A stretch of DNA of 58,405 nucleotides from an uncultured Candidatus Berkelbacteria bacterium (GCA_903954185.1 CAJBMM010000017.1:1-58405); one strand, 5' to 3'. Counted from the stretch's first letter, positions 1 through 10,557 are shown. Notes: a model not told the origin generated them from the sequence alone. Numbers and translations: made by a program.

Positions 1-3000
1 AGAATAAGCAGTCTCGACACTATCCGCATTACGAGCTTTCACTTCATACACGTAGTTAGTGTTAACCAAAAGGCCTGAAGTGACTTGGCCGCTTGCTCCA
101 CCCCAATTATTATATGTTTGCCACACCGCACTAACACCTAGCGTACCGTCTGCTTGAACATATTTATTAGTACTAGTCTCGTGAATGACGTATTGGGTAC
201 CAACAGGATTAGAGTTTACGGCAATCGTAGCCACCATGCCAGTAGTAGTTTGGGCAGATAGAGTCGGTGCTGTTGGAGCATTAGCTAAAGTATAAGCAGA
301 TGCAGTAGATGAAGCAGAGCTGTTAAAAGTACCATCTGTAGCGTGAACATGTCTAGTATAGCTTGTGTTAGGAGTTAAGGATGACTCGATGTAGCTATAA
401 GCAGTACCAGTACCAGCGGTAGTAGAAGAGTTAACTGTAGTAATAACACTTTCACTACCATCATGAACAATAAATTGTGTTTCAGTTGTTGAATTATCTA
501 CCCAATTCCAGGTTATCGACGTAGCGCTAATGGCCGATGCAGCACTAATTATCGGGGCCGCAGGAGGTACTGAGGAAGTCCCATCGGATCCAGAATTACC
601 ACCTCCGGTGCCACCAGAAACAGTAAATGTAGTGCAAGCAGTATATGTTCCAGAGACACTTCTTAATAACCTGCCTCCGCCTCCGCCTCCACCCTTGGTA
701 GGTGATCCTGCTCCAGCGCCACCATTAGCAGTAACCGCGCCGCCAGTGCAATCAAAATTTCCGCCAATATTTAAGCTAACTGTTCCGCCCGAACCACCAC
801 CTCCACCATAATTACCAGAGGAACCAGCAGCACCATTTGCTGTAATTGTACCTGCATTAATGAAATTTGAGGTAATGTTTAATATTACTGAACCACCACC
901 TGCACCACCAGCCGCAGAAACGCCGCCGCCGCCGCCAGAACCAATATTTAAAGGAACGGTCGATGAACCATAAGTCGTGCCCGCGCTACCAGGGCTTCCC
1001 CCCAAGCCCGCTCCGCCTACTCCGCCATATCCCGCACCTCCACCAGAAGAGTTCGAACCCCCAAGTCCACCAAAACCAGTGCCATTACCTTTTACACCAG
1101 CAGAACCTCCGGTATATCCAAGGCCTGCAACATCAATACTACCGCCACTATTTATTGTTAATGAGCCAATATTTAATACATTTTTATATGTTTCGCTAGC
1201 TACGTTAGCAGAATGATTGATTTTTCCGCCAGATTGAATTGTAACGCTTGAAAAAGTATCTCCAGATATATCTGCGGTAAGAATACCTCCGGAAATAATC
1301 GTGAGAGCAGTGCTTTGTGTAATTGTTCCCCGCTGAATAATTTGCGTACCTAAACTCCATGTTGCAGGAGTTGCGATAGTGCCAGTGTTGGTAATTACTG
1401 GCCCGCCGCCAGCCGCTCCAACGGCCGCACCAACATTCAAAGTATCTGCATTGTAAATATAGCTGTTGGTATTACCCGTAATCGTTCCGCCAGAATTTAT
1501 TGTGATCGATGTACCAGATGGAATCTGAAACATAGCTTTATTTATTACCGATAATGCATCAAGAGTTAAAGACGCTGCGTTTGTTTTTGTATATTTACCA
1601 GCAACAATAACGGCCGCTTTAGCATCGATCGTGAGTGTGCCATTAGTTTGAGAAGTCGATTTAGTAAATATTGTACCAGATGCTCCCCCTGCGGTAGTTG
1701 TAGCTGCATCTTGAGTACCAGTATGTGTATCAGTTACATAACCAGTTATCGCAATACGGCCGCCGCCAGCTCCCCAACCACCTTTAGCGTTGATCTGACC
1801 GCTTGTGCCAGCCCAAGCAGATGCAACTCCGGTCAAATTTATCCATACTGACCCTCCCGATGCACTGTTTCCACCGACGGCGCTATACCCATCGCTACTT
1901 ATAACTCCACTATTAGAAAAATCGCCGCCAACATTTATCTTGATTGCGCCACCACCACTTCTAGTTGTGCTCCCTGAACCTAAGCTTTCAGGTGCTGTTG
2001 TCGAACCATATGTTCCACCGCCAGTGCTGCTATTTGCCTCACCGCCATACCCGGCTCTATCGCCAGTTCCCGATCCAAAACCAGCCCCAAAACCTTTTTC
2101 AAGAGTATTGATCGTTCCACCAGAATTAACAGTAAGGTTTCCGGTAATCGTAAGATTTATTTTATATGTCTCAGCGTTAGTATTTGCTGTATGAGTAATA
2201 TTTCCACCAGATTGAACCAAAATACTAGCAAATGTGTCGCCAGCAACATCTGCAGTAAGAGTTCCACCAGAGGCGACGGTTAAAGCAGTGTTTTGGGTAA
2301 GAGTTCCTCTTTGAATCAAGCTTGTCGCAAGGCTCCAGGTGGCAGCAGTTGTTAATGTTCCACCTAAATTATTTGTAACAATTGGACCTGAAAGAGTTGC
2401 TGTACCCGATGAATCTAAAATCCCGCCGCTCGCAATATTAATAGCCGCATCGCTAGTACCACTTATCGAGCCGCTTGCAGCAATTGTAATTGTTGTGCCA
2501 GTAGGAAGATTAATTGCACCCTTGTTTTTAACAATCAAAGAATCAAGGGTTAAAGAAGCTGCATTTGTTTGGGCGTATTTAGTTGCACTTGCGTTGACGC
2601 TATTATTATCAATTGTTAGCGTACCATTTGTTTGAGCAGTAGATTTTGTATACACGGTTCCTGCGCTAGATTTCCAGTTGCCAATTGCCAAAACCGAGCC
2701 ACCCGTTCTTGTGTCGGAGACATATTCAGTAATAGCAACACGGCCACCAGCACCCGGTATTCCTCCGTTTGCAGTAATAACTCCGCTCGTTCCAGTCCAT
2801 GTGGATGCTCCACCTGTAAAATTAATCCAAACAGATCCACCAGAACCTCCTCCATCTAAATTTAGTCTCTGGGAGCCATTCGAAGAAATGGTACCGCTAT
2901 TCGATAAATTACCACCAATCGAAAGCTTGATTGCGCCACCACCAAATTGACTATACGCACCAGAACCAATATTAACAGGAGCAGTCGCTGAGCCATAAGT

Positions 3001-4479
3001 TACCCCATTAGTGCCCATGCCGCCATAACCACCAGCTCCGTTAACTACATTTCCACCAGATCCTGGCCCAGAGACTGAATCAAAACCCAAGCCATTGACA
3101 TTAATGGTTCCACCGCTGTCAACTGTTACATTGCCGGTAACAACAAGATCTACTTTATAAGTTTCAACGAATGGATCGGCTGTATGAGTAATATTTCCAC
3201 CAGATTGAACCAAAATACTAGCAAACGTGTCGCCCGCAACATCTGCAGTAAGAGTTCCACCAGAGGCAACGGTTAAAGCAGTGTTTTGAGTAAGAGTTCC
3301 TCTTTGAATCAGAGGAAGTGCAAGCGTCCATGTGGCAGCAGTAGTGAATGTTGCGCCCAAATTATTTGTGACAGCTGGTCCTGCTAATGTCGCTGCACCA
3401 GATGCATCGATAATCCCGCCGCTCGCAATATTAACAGCTGCATCACTGGTGCCACCAATTGAGCCGCTTGCAGCAATTGTAATTGTTGAACCACTAGGAA
3501 GATTAAACGCCCCCTTGTTTTTAACAATTAATGAATCGAGCGTTAAAGAAGCAATATCTGTTTGAGCGTATTTTCCTGTAGTTGAAATAGCAGTATTATT
3601 GTCTATAGTAAGTACACCGTTTGATTGGGCGGTTGATTTTGTATAAACAGTTCCTGCGCTACTATTAGAGCCAGTAGCTAATACAGACCCCCCCGTTCTT
3701 GTATCAGAGACATATTCAGTAACAGCAACACGTCCACCGGCACCATATGAAATTCCACTAGCCGTAACTATTCCGCTCGTTCCAGTCCATGTAGATGCTC
3801 CACCTGTAAAATTAATCCAAACAGATCCACCAGAACCCCCGTTCGTCGAAGTAACTCCTCCGTTGGCGGTAATTGTCCCACTGTTAACTAAATTACCAGC
3901 AATATTAATCTTAACAGCTCCTCCACCAACCGAGTTATATGCACCAGAGCCTAAACTTACAGGAGCAATAGCCGATCCATATGTTACACCACTCGTAGAC
4001 ATTCCACCGTATCCACCACCAGTCCATGAACCATTGGGTCCAGATCCGGGGCCAGTACCACCATAGCCTTTAGCGTCTGCACTAATTTTTGAGCCCGTAT
4101 CAATCGTAACATCACTCGCAACTGTAAAAGTTACGCCAGTTCCAGCGGTTATATCACCACTTGTAATAAGTGTGGAATTACCCGTCACATATATGCCATT
4201 TCCTGCCGCAGCCGTAAGTGCAATTGTTGTGTTACCCGCAATTGTAAGCGTTGCCCCAGAATTTACCGTAAGAGAGCTACATGAATAATCTCCTTGCGCC
4301 CAAGAAGTATTTGCGGAGATAGTAATATCGCCAGCTCCTCCAGGGCAATCAGACAAAGCATATACTTTAGTACTGCCATGGTAGTAGACACTTGCAAAAA
4401 GCACAACAAAAATAATTGCAAAACGAGCAAAGGCCCGTAGGATGCTTTGAAATAGTTGCCTGCTATCTTTGTTTCCCAC
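1..4479 (-). CDS. Giant secreted/surface protein with ~330-aa Gly-rich repeat modules followed by fibronectin type III-like domains; 3' end lies outside the window (>=1493 aa)
   Basis: Minus frame starts GTG at 4479 (in-frame TTG at 4491): MGNKDSRQLFQSILRAFARFAIIFVVLFASVYYHGSTKVYA, signal-peptide-like. The same frame reads SGLLVNTNYVYEVKARNADSVETAYS (FN3-like) at the window edge and has recurring GGSGGSVWI / GGGAIK motifs. The Pro-rich + strand ORFs here are its antisense shadows. Confidence 0.88.
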   Translation of the reverse strand, partial: MGNKDSRQLFQSILRAFARFAIIFVVLFASVYYHGSTKVYALSDCPGGAGDITISANTSWAQGDYSCSSLTVNSGATLTIAGNTTIALTAAAGNGIYVTGNSTLITSGDITAGTGVTFTVASDVTIDTGSKISADAKGYGGTGPGSGPNGSWTGGGYGGMSTSGVTYGSAIAPVSLGSGAYNSVGGGAVKINIAGNLVNSGTITANGGVTSTNGGSGGSVWINFTGGASTWTGTSGIVTASGISYGAGGRVAVTEYVSDTRTGGSVLATGSNSSAGTVYTKSTAQSNGVLTIDNNTAISTTGKYAQTDIASLTLDSLIVKNKGAFNLPSGSTITIAASGSIGGTSDAAVNIASGGIIDASGAATLAGPAVTNNLGATFTTAATWTLALPLIQRGTLTQNTALTVASGGTLTADVAGDTFASILVQSGGNITHTADPFVETYKVDLVVTGNVTVDSGGTINVNGLGFDSVSGPGSGGNVVNGAGGYGGMGTNGVTYGSATAPVNIGSGAYSQFGGGAIKLSIGGNLSNSGTISSNGSQRLNLDGGGSGGSVWINFTGGASTWTGTSGVITANGGIPGAGGRVAITEYVSDTRTGGSVLAIGNWKSSAGTVYTKSTAQTNGTLTIDNNSVNASATKYAQTNAASLTLDSLIVKNKGAINLPTGTTITIAASGSISGTSDAAINIASGGILDSSGTATLSGPIVTNNLGGTLTTAATWSLATSLIQRGTLTQNTALTVASGGTLTADVAGDTFASILVQSGGNITHTANTNAETYKINLTITGNLTVNSGGTINTLEKGFGAGFGSGTGDRAGYGGEANSSTGGGTYGSTTAPESLGSGSTTRSGGGAIKINVGGDFSNSGVISSDGYSAVGGNSASGGSVWINLTGVASAWAGTSGQINAKGGWGAGGGRIAITGYVTDTHTGTQDAATTTAGGASGTIFTKSTSQTNGTLTIDAKAAVIVAGKYTKTNAASLTLDALSVINKAMFQIPSGTSITINSGGTITGNTNSYIYNADTLNVGAAVGAAGGGPVITNTGTIATPATWSLGTQIIQRGTITQSTALTIISGGILTADISGDTFSSVTIQSGGKINHSANVASETYKNVLNIGSLTINSGGSIDVAGLGYTGGSAGVKGNGTGFGGLGGSNSSGGGAGYGGVGGAGLGGSPGSAGTTYGSSTVPLNIGSGGGGGVSAAGGAGGGSVILNITSNFINAGTITANGAAGSSGNYGGGGGSGGTVSLNIGGNFDCTGGAVTANGGAGAGSPTKGGGGGGGRLLRSVSGTYTACTTFTVSGGTGGGNSGSDGTSSVPPAAPIISAASAISATSITWNWVDNSTTETQFIVHDGSESVITTVNSSTTAGTGTAYSYIESSLTPNTSYTRHVHATDGTFNSSASSTASAYTLANAPTAPTLSAQTTTGMVATIAVNSNPVGTQYVIHETSTNKYVQADGTLGVSAVWQTYNNWGGASGQVTSGLLVNTNYVYEVKARNADSVETAYS
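1200..4100. repeat. Intragenic tandem repeats with ~990-nt period
   Basis: 2188-2330 matches 3181-3323 (offset 993). 2791-2850 matches 3781-3840 (offset 990). A more diverged copy lies at ~1210-1340. Confidence 0.9.
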
Positions 4480-4825
4480 CTTAAACCCCAACTTCTAATT
4501 TAATTAATTATAACATATAAACACTCGTAGTTGCGAGAAAATAATAATAACCTAAAATGTGATTTATTACTCGTGATGAACCGCGGACATAGAAAGACTC
4601 TCGAGATTGACTAATAGATTTTTGTCCACAGCTGCCATTCAATTTAATCTATCATATATTGAGCATAAAATAGTTGCCATGTCTACAGAATGGCTTGAAA
4701 ATAGATAATAATCATATTTTCAATAGTGACATTAATACAAACTTGAATCTCCAGTTGGCGACTTGCATTTTGTGCTACTCATTCTCACTTAATCAAATAT
4801 CGCCAAACGATTTCTGCACGTTTAT

Positions 4826-4861
4826 AAAAGATACACCCCCAACCGACGCATCGGCTGGGGG
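4826..4861 (-). terminator. GC-rich hairpin with a short U tract (intrinsic terminator-like)
   Basis: Minus strand reads CCCCCAGCCGA-TGCG-TCGGTTGGGGG-TGTATCTTTT. Confidence 0.6.
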
Positions 4862-4879
4862 CGGCCAGACCCAATAGTC

Positions 4880-4903
4880 TCACCCGTTGATCGTATTGAT
4901 CAT
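4880..4903 (-). other. 7-codon ORF (MINTING*) with a strong Shine-Dalgarno
   Basis: Minus strand AGAAAGGAG-cattgccc-ATG ATC AAT ACG ATC AAC GGG TGA, followed by the terminator hairpin. Confidence 0.4.
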
Positions 4904-5022
4904 GGGCAATGCTCCTTTCTGAGAGTAAGGAGGTGTCTCGATATTAATATACACTTTTTTGCAAAACAAAAAAGCGGATTTCTCTACTCGTTTCACAACG
5001 ATGGCTGTGTTATATTTTAGCT

Positions 5023-5829
5023 ATGGAAATTATTGATCAATGCCACAGCTTACTTAAAGCATACAAAACAGGTAAATTGGGCGAATGCCCCATGCCAGAA
5101 GACAGTAATCCTGGTAATTTTGCTAATGCAGAGGAAAGGCTGGTATATTTTACACTACCCATGGCACTTAATTACCAGCGAAATAGTTACAGTTTATGAC
5201 AAGCTGCATTAAATACATATATGGATGCGGAAACGAAAGATGCATTTGATATTAAAGCCGTGCAAGAAATGCCGCCAGATATACTAAAAGAAAAGCTTCT
5301 TAAGTACAAATTAGCCCTCCAACCTAACAAACACACGCATACCTGGCAAACTATCTCACAAACAATTTATAATAATTGGGGCTCTATTGAAAATTTATTT
5401 GCGTCAACTGACGCCAATACCTGTCATCCTGAGGGTACCGAAGGATCTCCTTATCATCAAAAAGTACTAATTGACGCATACTCCGCCGACTTTCTTCAAC
5501 TTAAACAATTAATCCAGCACAAATACAAAAGGGACTTTCCTTACCTTTCTGGCCCTAAGATTTTTAATTATTGGTCATTTATTATTAGTACCTATGGCAA
5601 AGTAAACATGAAAAATCGGGAATATATTAGCATTGCGCCAGACACCCACATAATTCAGGCATCGTTCAAATTAGGGGTAATTACGCAGGTAGAAGCAGAT
5701 AAGCTTTCGCGCGATGAAATTGCTGAACGCTGGCGTATTTTGCTCGCCGGTTCCGGTATCAATCCAATAGACATGCACGCTCCCCTTTGGTTCTGGAGCC
5801 ATAACGCATTCAATGATATCCATGTATGA
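5023..5829 (+). pseudogene. Uncharacterised HhH-GPD-like (DNA glycosylase-like) gene with premature TGA at 5197-5199
   Basis: ATG at 5023 gives MEIIDQCHSLL...MPEDSNP...YFTLPMALNYQRNSYSL*QAALNTY, in frame with ORF 5221-5829. The downstream part has LSGPKIFNYW and APDTH, resembling the HhH and VDTH motifs. Confidence 0.65.
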
Positions 5830-5921
5830 AGGCTTTGGGGACATTATTTAATTGGTCTGCAATAAATTTATTTTTTATATAGTATTACTATAAAAGGTGT
5901 ATAATGATAAAAAAGAGGAAA

Positions 5922-6074
5922 ATGAGCAAATTAATAGAGAAGACATCCAAACAAGATATAAATCCTAAGAACACGAAAGAGCTTGAGGATGCCTTAAAGT
6001 ATCTGCAAAATACCAGTAAACCCGGCCTCACTTGGCAAGATTTGCTAAAACCTAAATATGAAACTGACCATTGA
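5922..6074 (+). CDS. Putative antitoxin, 50 aa (not in ORF track)
   Basis: AGAGG SD precedes MSKLIEKTSKQDINPKNTKELEDALKYLQNTSKPGLTWQDLLKPKYETDH*. It overlaps the start of the PIN gene and has TGTATAAT upstream. Confidence 0.6.
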   Translation: MSKLIEKTSKQDINPKNTKELEDALKYLQNTSKPGLTWQDLLKPKYETDH

Positions 6075-6480
6075 TAGTTCTATTTTTGTCGAGGCGGTTG
6101 TTAAGGGCACTCATGGATCGCTGTGCTACGATTTACTAATTACTGCTTACAAAAAGAAATTGGTAGAAATAATCGAACCCAGCTTATTATTTTTTGAGTT
6201 CACAAACGCCGTTACAAGGAGCGCGCCGGAAACTAACACGAGGAAAGATAAACAATTAAGAATCGATAACTCATTAAAAATATGTGACGCATTTGAGAAT
6301 AGAGAAAACACGCATTATTACAGCCTAGATAACGATTTCTGGAAAGTTTGGCGCGGACATATTAAACAAAAACCGGAGCTCGTTGCTCACAAAACTCAAG
6401 ACGAGCTTTTTCTGATAGTAGCTTATTTGGCTAATTCTACACTCGTTACACTTGATACAACACTATTAAGAATAGAATAA
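6058..6480 (+). CDS. PIN-domain (VapC-like) protein, possibly C-terminally frameshifted
   Basis: N-terminal IDSS, internal E, QD and LVTLD acidic PIN motifs. A GNVKVISPYDCLKLIQELN* tail lies in the +1 frame up to 6550. Confidence 0.7.
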   Translation: MKLTIDSSIFVEAVVKGTHGSLCYDLLITAYKKKLVEIIEPSLLFFEFTNAVTRSAPETNTRKDKQLRIDNSLKICDAFENRENTHYYSLDNDFWKVWRGHIKQKPELVAHKTQDELFLIVAYLANSTLVTLDTTLLRIE

Positions 6481-6551
6481 ATGTATGATGGGTAATGTAA
6501 AAGTCATTTCCCCGTATGACTGTTTAAAATTAATTCAAGAACTTAACTAAA

Positions 6552-6582
6552 CAAAAAAGCGGAGAATACTGCCGCTTTTTTG
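6552..6582. terminator. Bidirectional intrinsic terminator between PIN gene and groEL
   Basis: CAAAAAAGCGG-agaatactg-CCGCTTTTTTG between convergent genes. Confidence 0.8.
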
Positions 6583-6593
6583 CTTTGAGTTAT

Positions 6594-6613
6594 GGGCGAT
6601 TCGTGAATCGCCC
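6594..6613. repeat. REP-like palindrome
   Basis: GGGCGATTC-GT-GAATCGCCC. Confidence 0.65.
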
Positions 6614-6646
6614 CTTCATATCACTCTCTACCACCTACAACCTAAC

Positions 6647-8314
<1,668 letters not shown>

Positions 8315-8445
8315 TTATGTTTAATTTGATCTAGATGTCTTACTCAATAAATGATGAATGATAAATGATTAATAATGAATCAATTTTGAAATTCGAAATT
8401 AAGATTTTACTCATCATTCGTTATTATAAATTCATAATTTTAGGA

Positions 8446-8730
8446 TTATTCGATCACTCCAAGTATGTCTGACTCGGATAAAACGTACATTTCTTCGCCA
8501 TCTACTTTTATTTCTGTCGGGCCGTATTTGCTAAACATAACAGTTTGACCAACTTTAACTTCCATTGGTACCAATGTACCATCATCGAATTTACCAACGC
8601 CTACTGCAATAACTTTGCCTTCTTGTGGTTTTTCTTTAACGGTATCTGGCAATACAATTCCACCCTTAGACATTTCTTCCTTAGCTAAAGGATTGACCAA
8701 TACACGGTCTCCTAAAGGTTTGAATGACAT
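8446..8730 (-). CDS. groS: Co-chaperonin GroES
   Basis: MSFKPLGDRVLV...GGIVLPD...EKPQEG. SD AAGGAG precedes the ATG at 8730. Confidence 0.98.
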   Translation of the reverse strand: MSFKPLGDRVLVNPLAKEEMSKGGIVLPDTVKEKPQEGKVIAVGVGKFDDGTLVPMEVKVGQTVMFSKYGPTEIKVDGEEMYVLSESDILGVIE

Positions 8731-8856
8731 ACGAACTCCTTTCATATTCAATTTTCAATTAATGTAACAATTATTCAATTCTCAATCGATACTATTTATA
8801 TACTTATATTGAGCCATTGAAGCGTTGGTAATTCATTGAAAATTGATAATTGATAA

Positions 8857-8904
8857 TTGACATTTACTCAAAAGGATTTTAATCCTTGTGAGATTAAATG
8901 TCAA
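8857..8904 (-). promoter_or_regulatory. Sigma70-type groES promoter embedded in a 48-bp imperfect palindrome
   Basis: Minus strand TTGACA-N17-TAAAAT. Palindrome arms are TTGACATTTA and TAAATGTCAA, with inner AAGGATT/AATCCTT. Confidence 0.7.
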
Positions 8905-9076
8905 GTATACTTTACGTTAAAAACTAAAATGTAGTTGCAAACATCTAATTGGTTTACCCTCCTTTTCAAGGAGGGGTTAGGCGCCGCCCAGAGGGCCGCC
9001 GGCTAGAAGCCTCTGGCTGGCAGCTCTACCCGGCGGGGGGTGGTTAAACCAAATATTGTATAATTTAATCTTCCGC

Positions 9077-9360
9077 AATTCTGCACATGTAGTGAGCCTG
9101 TCGAACCTATTCTGCATTCTTCATTCTGCATTTGCTTGCAATCTCATCCGCCATCTTCCCATACCCAGGCCGCTTATCAACCGAGTGTAATTTGAGAGTA
9201 TCTTTACTCACCACCAACTCTTTAGAATTTCTAAATTCCGGATCCATCATAATCTTCACCTTACTTACCCAATACGCAACCTTTTCAATAATCGAATTTC
9301 CATAATTCTGCACCTGCAGTGAGCCTGTCGAACCTATTCTGCATTCTGCATTTTGCATTT
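9077..9360. repeat. 57-bp direct repeat (REP-like core plus heptamers); one copy over the stop codon, one inside the CDS
   Basis: 9077-9133 matches 9304-9360 with 4 mismatches; core AGTGAGCCTGTCGAACCTATTCTGCATTCT. Confidence 0.9.
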
Positions 9361-10042
9361 CTTCTATATGCCCCACCGCGTGTTCTTTCCAATTCGGTAA
9401 GTATCCGTACACCCACAGATTCGCTTTTATAAACTTTTTATAGCCTTCTATCCCGAACAAAGGTACCATTGTTGCCATCCAATAGGCAGCCGTAAATTTA
9501 TCTGTTTGATATTTTTTCACATCTAAATTATCCTCGGATAGCCAATAGCCCAAGCAAGCTTTTCCCTCTTGATTATATTTTGATTTAGCCAGTCCTGCTT
9601 TTTTTAGATAAAACAAGATATTTAACCGAGTTTTGTATAACAGTCCCTTTTTAACAATAATCAAAAAGTCTAAATCCGATTCTTTAGTAATTGTTTGCAT
9701 GACTAAACTATTCATGGCAATCACTGAAATCACCCCGCTTGTACTGACAATAATCTCAGCAATCTTTAACGCCTCTTTCCTACGTTGTCCAAGCAATTTT
9801 TGACGCTGTATTGTTTTCGTCAAACTTTCTTCACTTAACCCATAAACCCGTTCACTCTCATAAATATTAATGGCGCGATCGCGGAATAAATATTTTTTGT
9901 CAGAAGAGAGGCTGTCGGTAAGCTGGGTAATAGTGCATTTTTGGCGCCAGAGCAAACTATGCAATTCGCTAGCATTTAAGGCCCGCCCGAATTGTTCAAA
10001 GTAGGCTAATGTTTTAATAATTGCTTGTCCAATCTCGTTCAT
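9107..10042 (-). CDS. Nucleotidyltransferase-fold protein of unknown function
   Basis: NSL...SDLDFLII resembles the Pol-beta superfamily GS/DxD motif; N-terminal IIKTLAYF. Confidence 0.6.
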   Translation of the reverse strand: MNEIGQAIIKTLAYFEQFGRALNASELHSLLWRQKCTITQLTDSLSSDKKYLFRDRAINIYESERVYGLSEESLTKTIQRQKLLGQRRKEALKIAEIIVSTSGVISVIAMNSLVMQTITKESDLDFLIIVKKGLLYKTRLNILFYLKKAGLAKSKYNQEGKACLGYWLSEDNLDVKKYQTDKFTAAYWMATMVPLFGIEGYKKFIKANLWVYGYLPNWKEHAVGHIEEMQNAECRIGSTGSLQVQNYGNSIIEKVAYWVSKVKIMMDPEFRNSKELVVSKDTLKLHSVDKRPGYGKMADEIASKCRMKNAE

Positions 10043-10092
10043 GATAGTAAAATAGACCTTAATAATATAATCTTCAAGAAGAAAGAGGAATT

Positions 10093-10557
10093 ATGTCAGA
10101 AAATATTGGACATGGACCAGATGCTGAAAATTTTGATGCCCCAATGTCAGAAATAGAGCTAAATACTAATGTCTCGATGATCGTACGGGCATTAGCTCGC
10201 GAGTTTGGTATTAAAGACCTGACTAATCATGAATTTTTACGTCTTTATTATTATGCAAAGCAATTTATGAACAATGAGCTAGACCATATGTTAAAGTATA
10301 AAAATGATGAAACGTTATCCAGGGATCAACTGATTTTTAATGTTCTAACTGAATCCTCTGACAAAATATTATATGCATGGTTTAATGATATCTGCGAAAT
10401 AGATTATGCAGATTTAAATAAAATACAAAAGAAATTACGAGCAGGGGAAGCAGATGTAGCAATGCAAAAGTACGTTAATTTACTCAGATCGAATAAAGAA
10501 ACAGGTACTCAAAACAATTTTCTCGAAACAAAACACATACCAAATGCTGAAGAGTAA
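10093..10557 (+). CDS. Hypothetical protein
   Basis: 154-aa ORF with AGAGG SD; no recognisable motif. Confidence 0.6.
   Translation: MSENIGHGPDAENFDAPMSEIELNTNVSMIVRALAREFGIKDLTNHEFLRLYYYAKQFMNNELDHMLKYKNDETLSRDQLIFNVLTESSDKILYAWFNDICEIDYADLNKIQKKLRAGEADVAMQKYVNLLRSNKETGTQNNFLETKHIPNAEE

Larger units (their letters stand above)
4964..6563. mobile_element. Putative 1.6-kb integrated islet bounded by a 15-bp direct repeat
   Basis: AAACAAAAAAGCGGA occurs at 4964-4978 and 6549-6563; the second copy is an arm of the groEL terminator. No integrase gene inside. Confidence 0.4.

Noticed and set aside
530..4066. Pro-rich + strand ORFs in the ORF track
   Set aside because: Antisense shadows of the Gly-rich minus-strand giant gene (GGN codons read as CCN/NCC).
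1200..4100. DGR template/variable repeat pair or CRISPR array
   Set aside because: The repeats are in-frame protein modules, mismatches are not adenine-specific, and no reverse transcriptase, cas gene or repeat-spacer pattern is seen in the window.
4674..4877. 67-aa + strand ORF
   Set aside because: TTG start without SD, and it crosses the terminator hairpin; likely spurious.
5197..5199. Alternative genetic code (UGA as Trp or Gly)
   Set aside because: UGA ends several full-length genes here (wzm 37909, GT 44822, epimerase 45842, tdh 35758), and Trp is encoded by TGG elsewhere.
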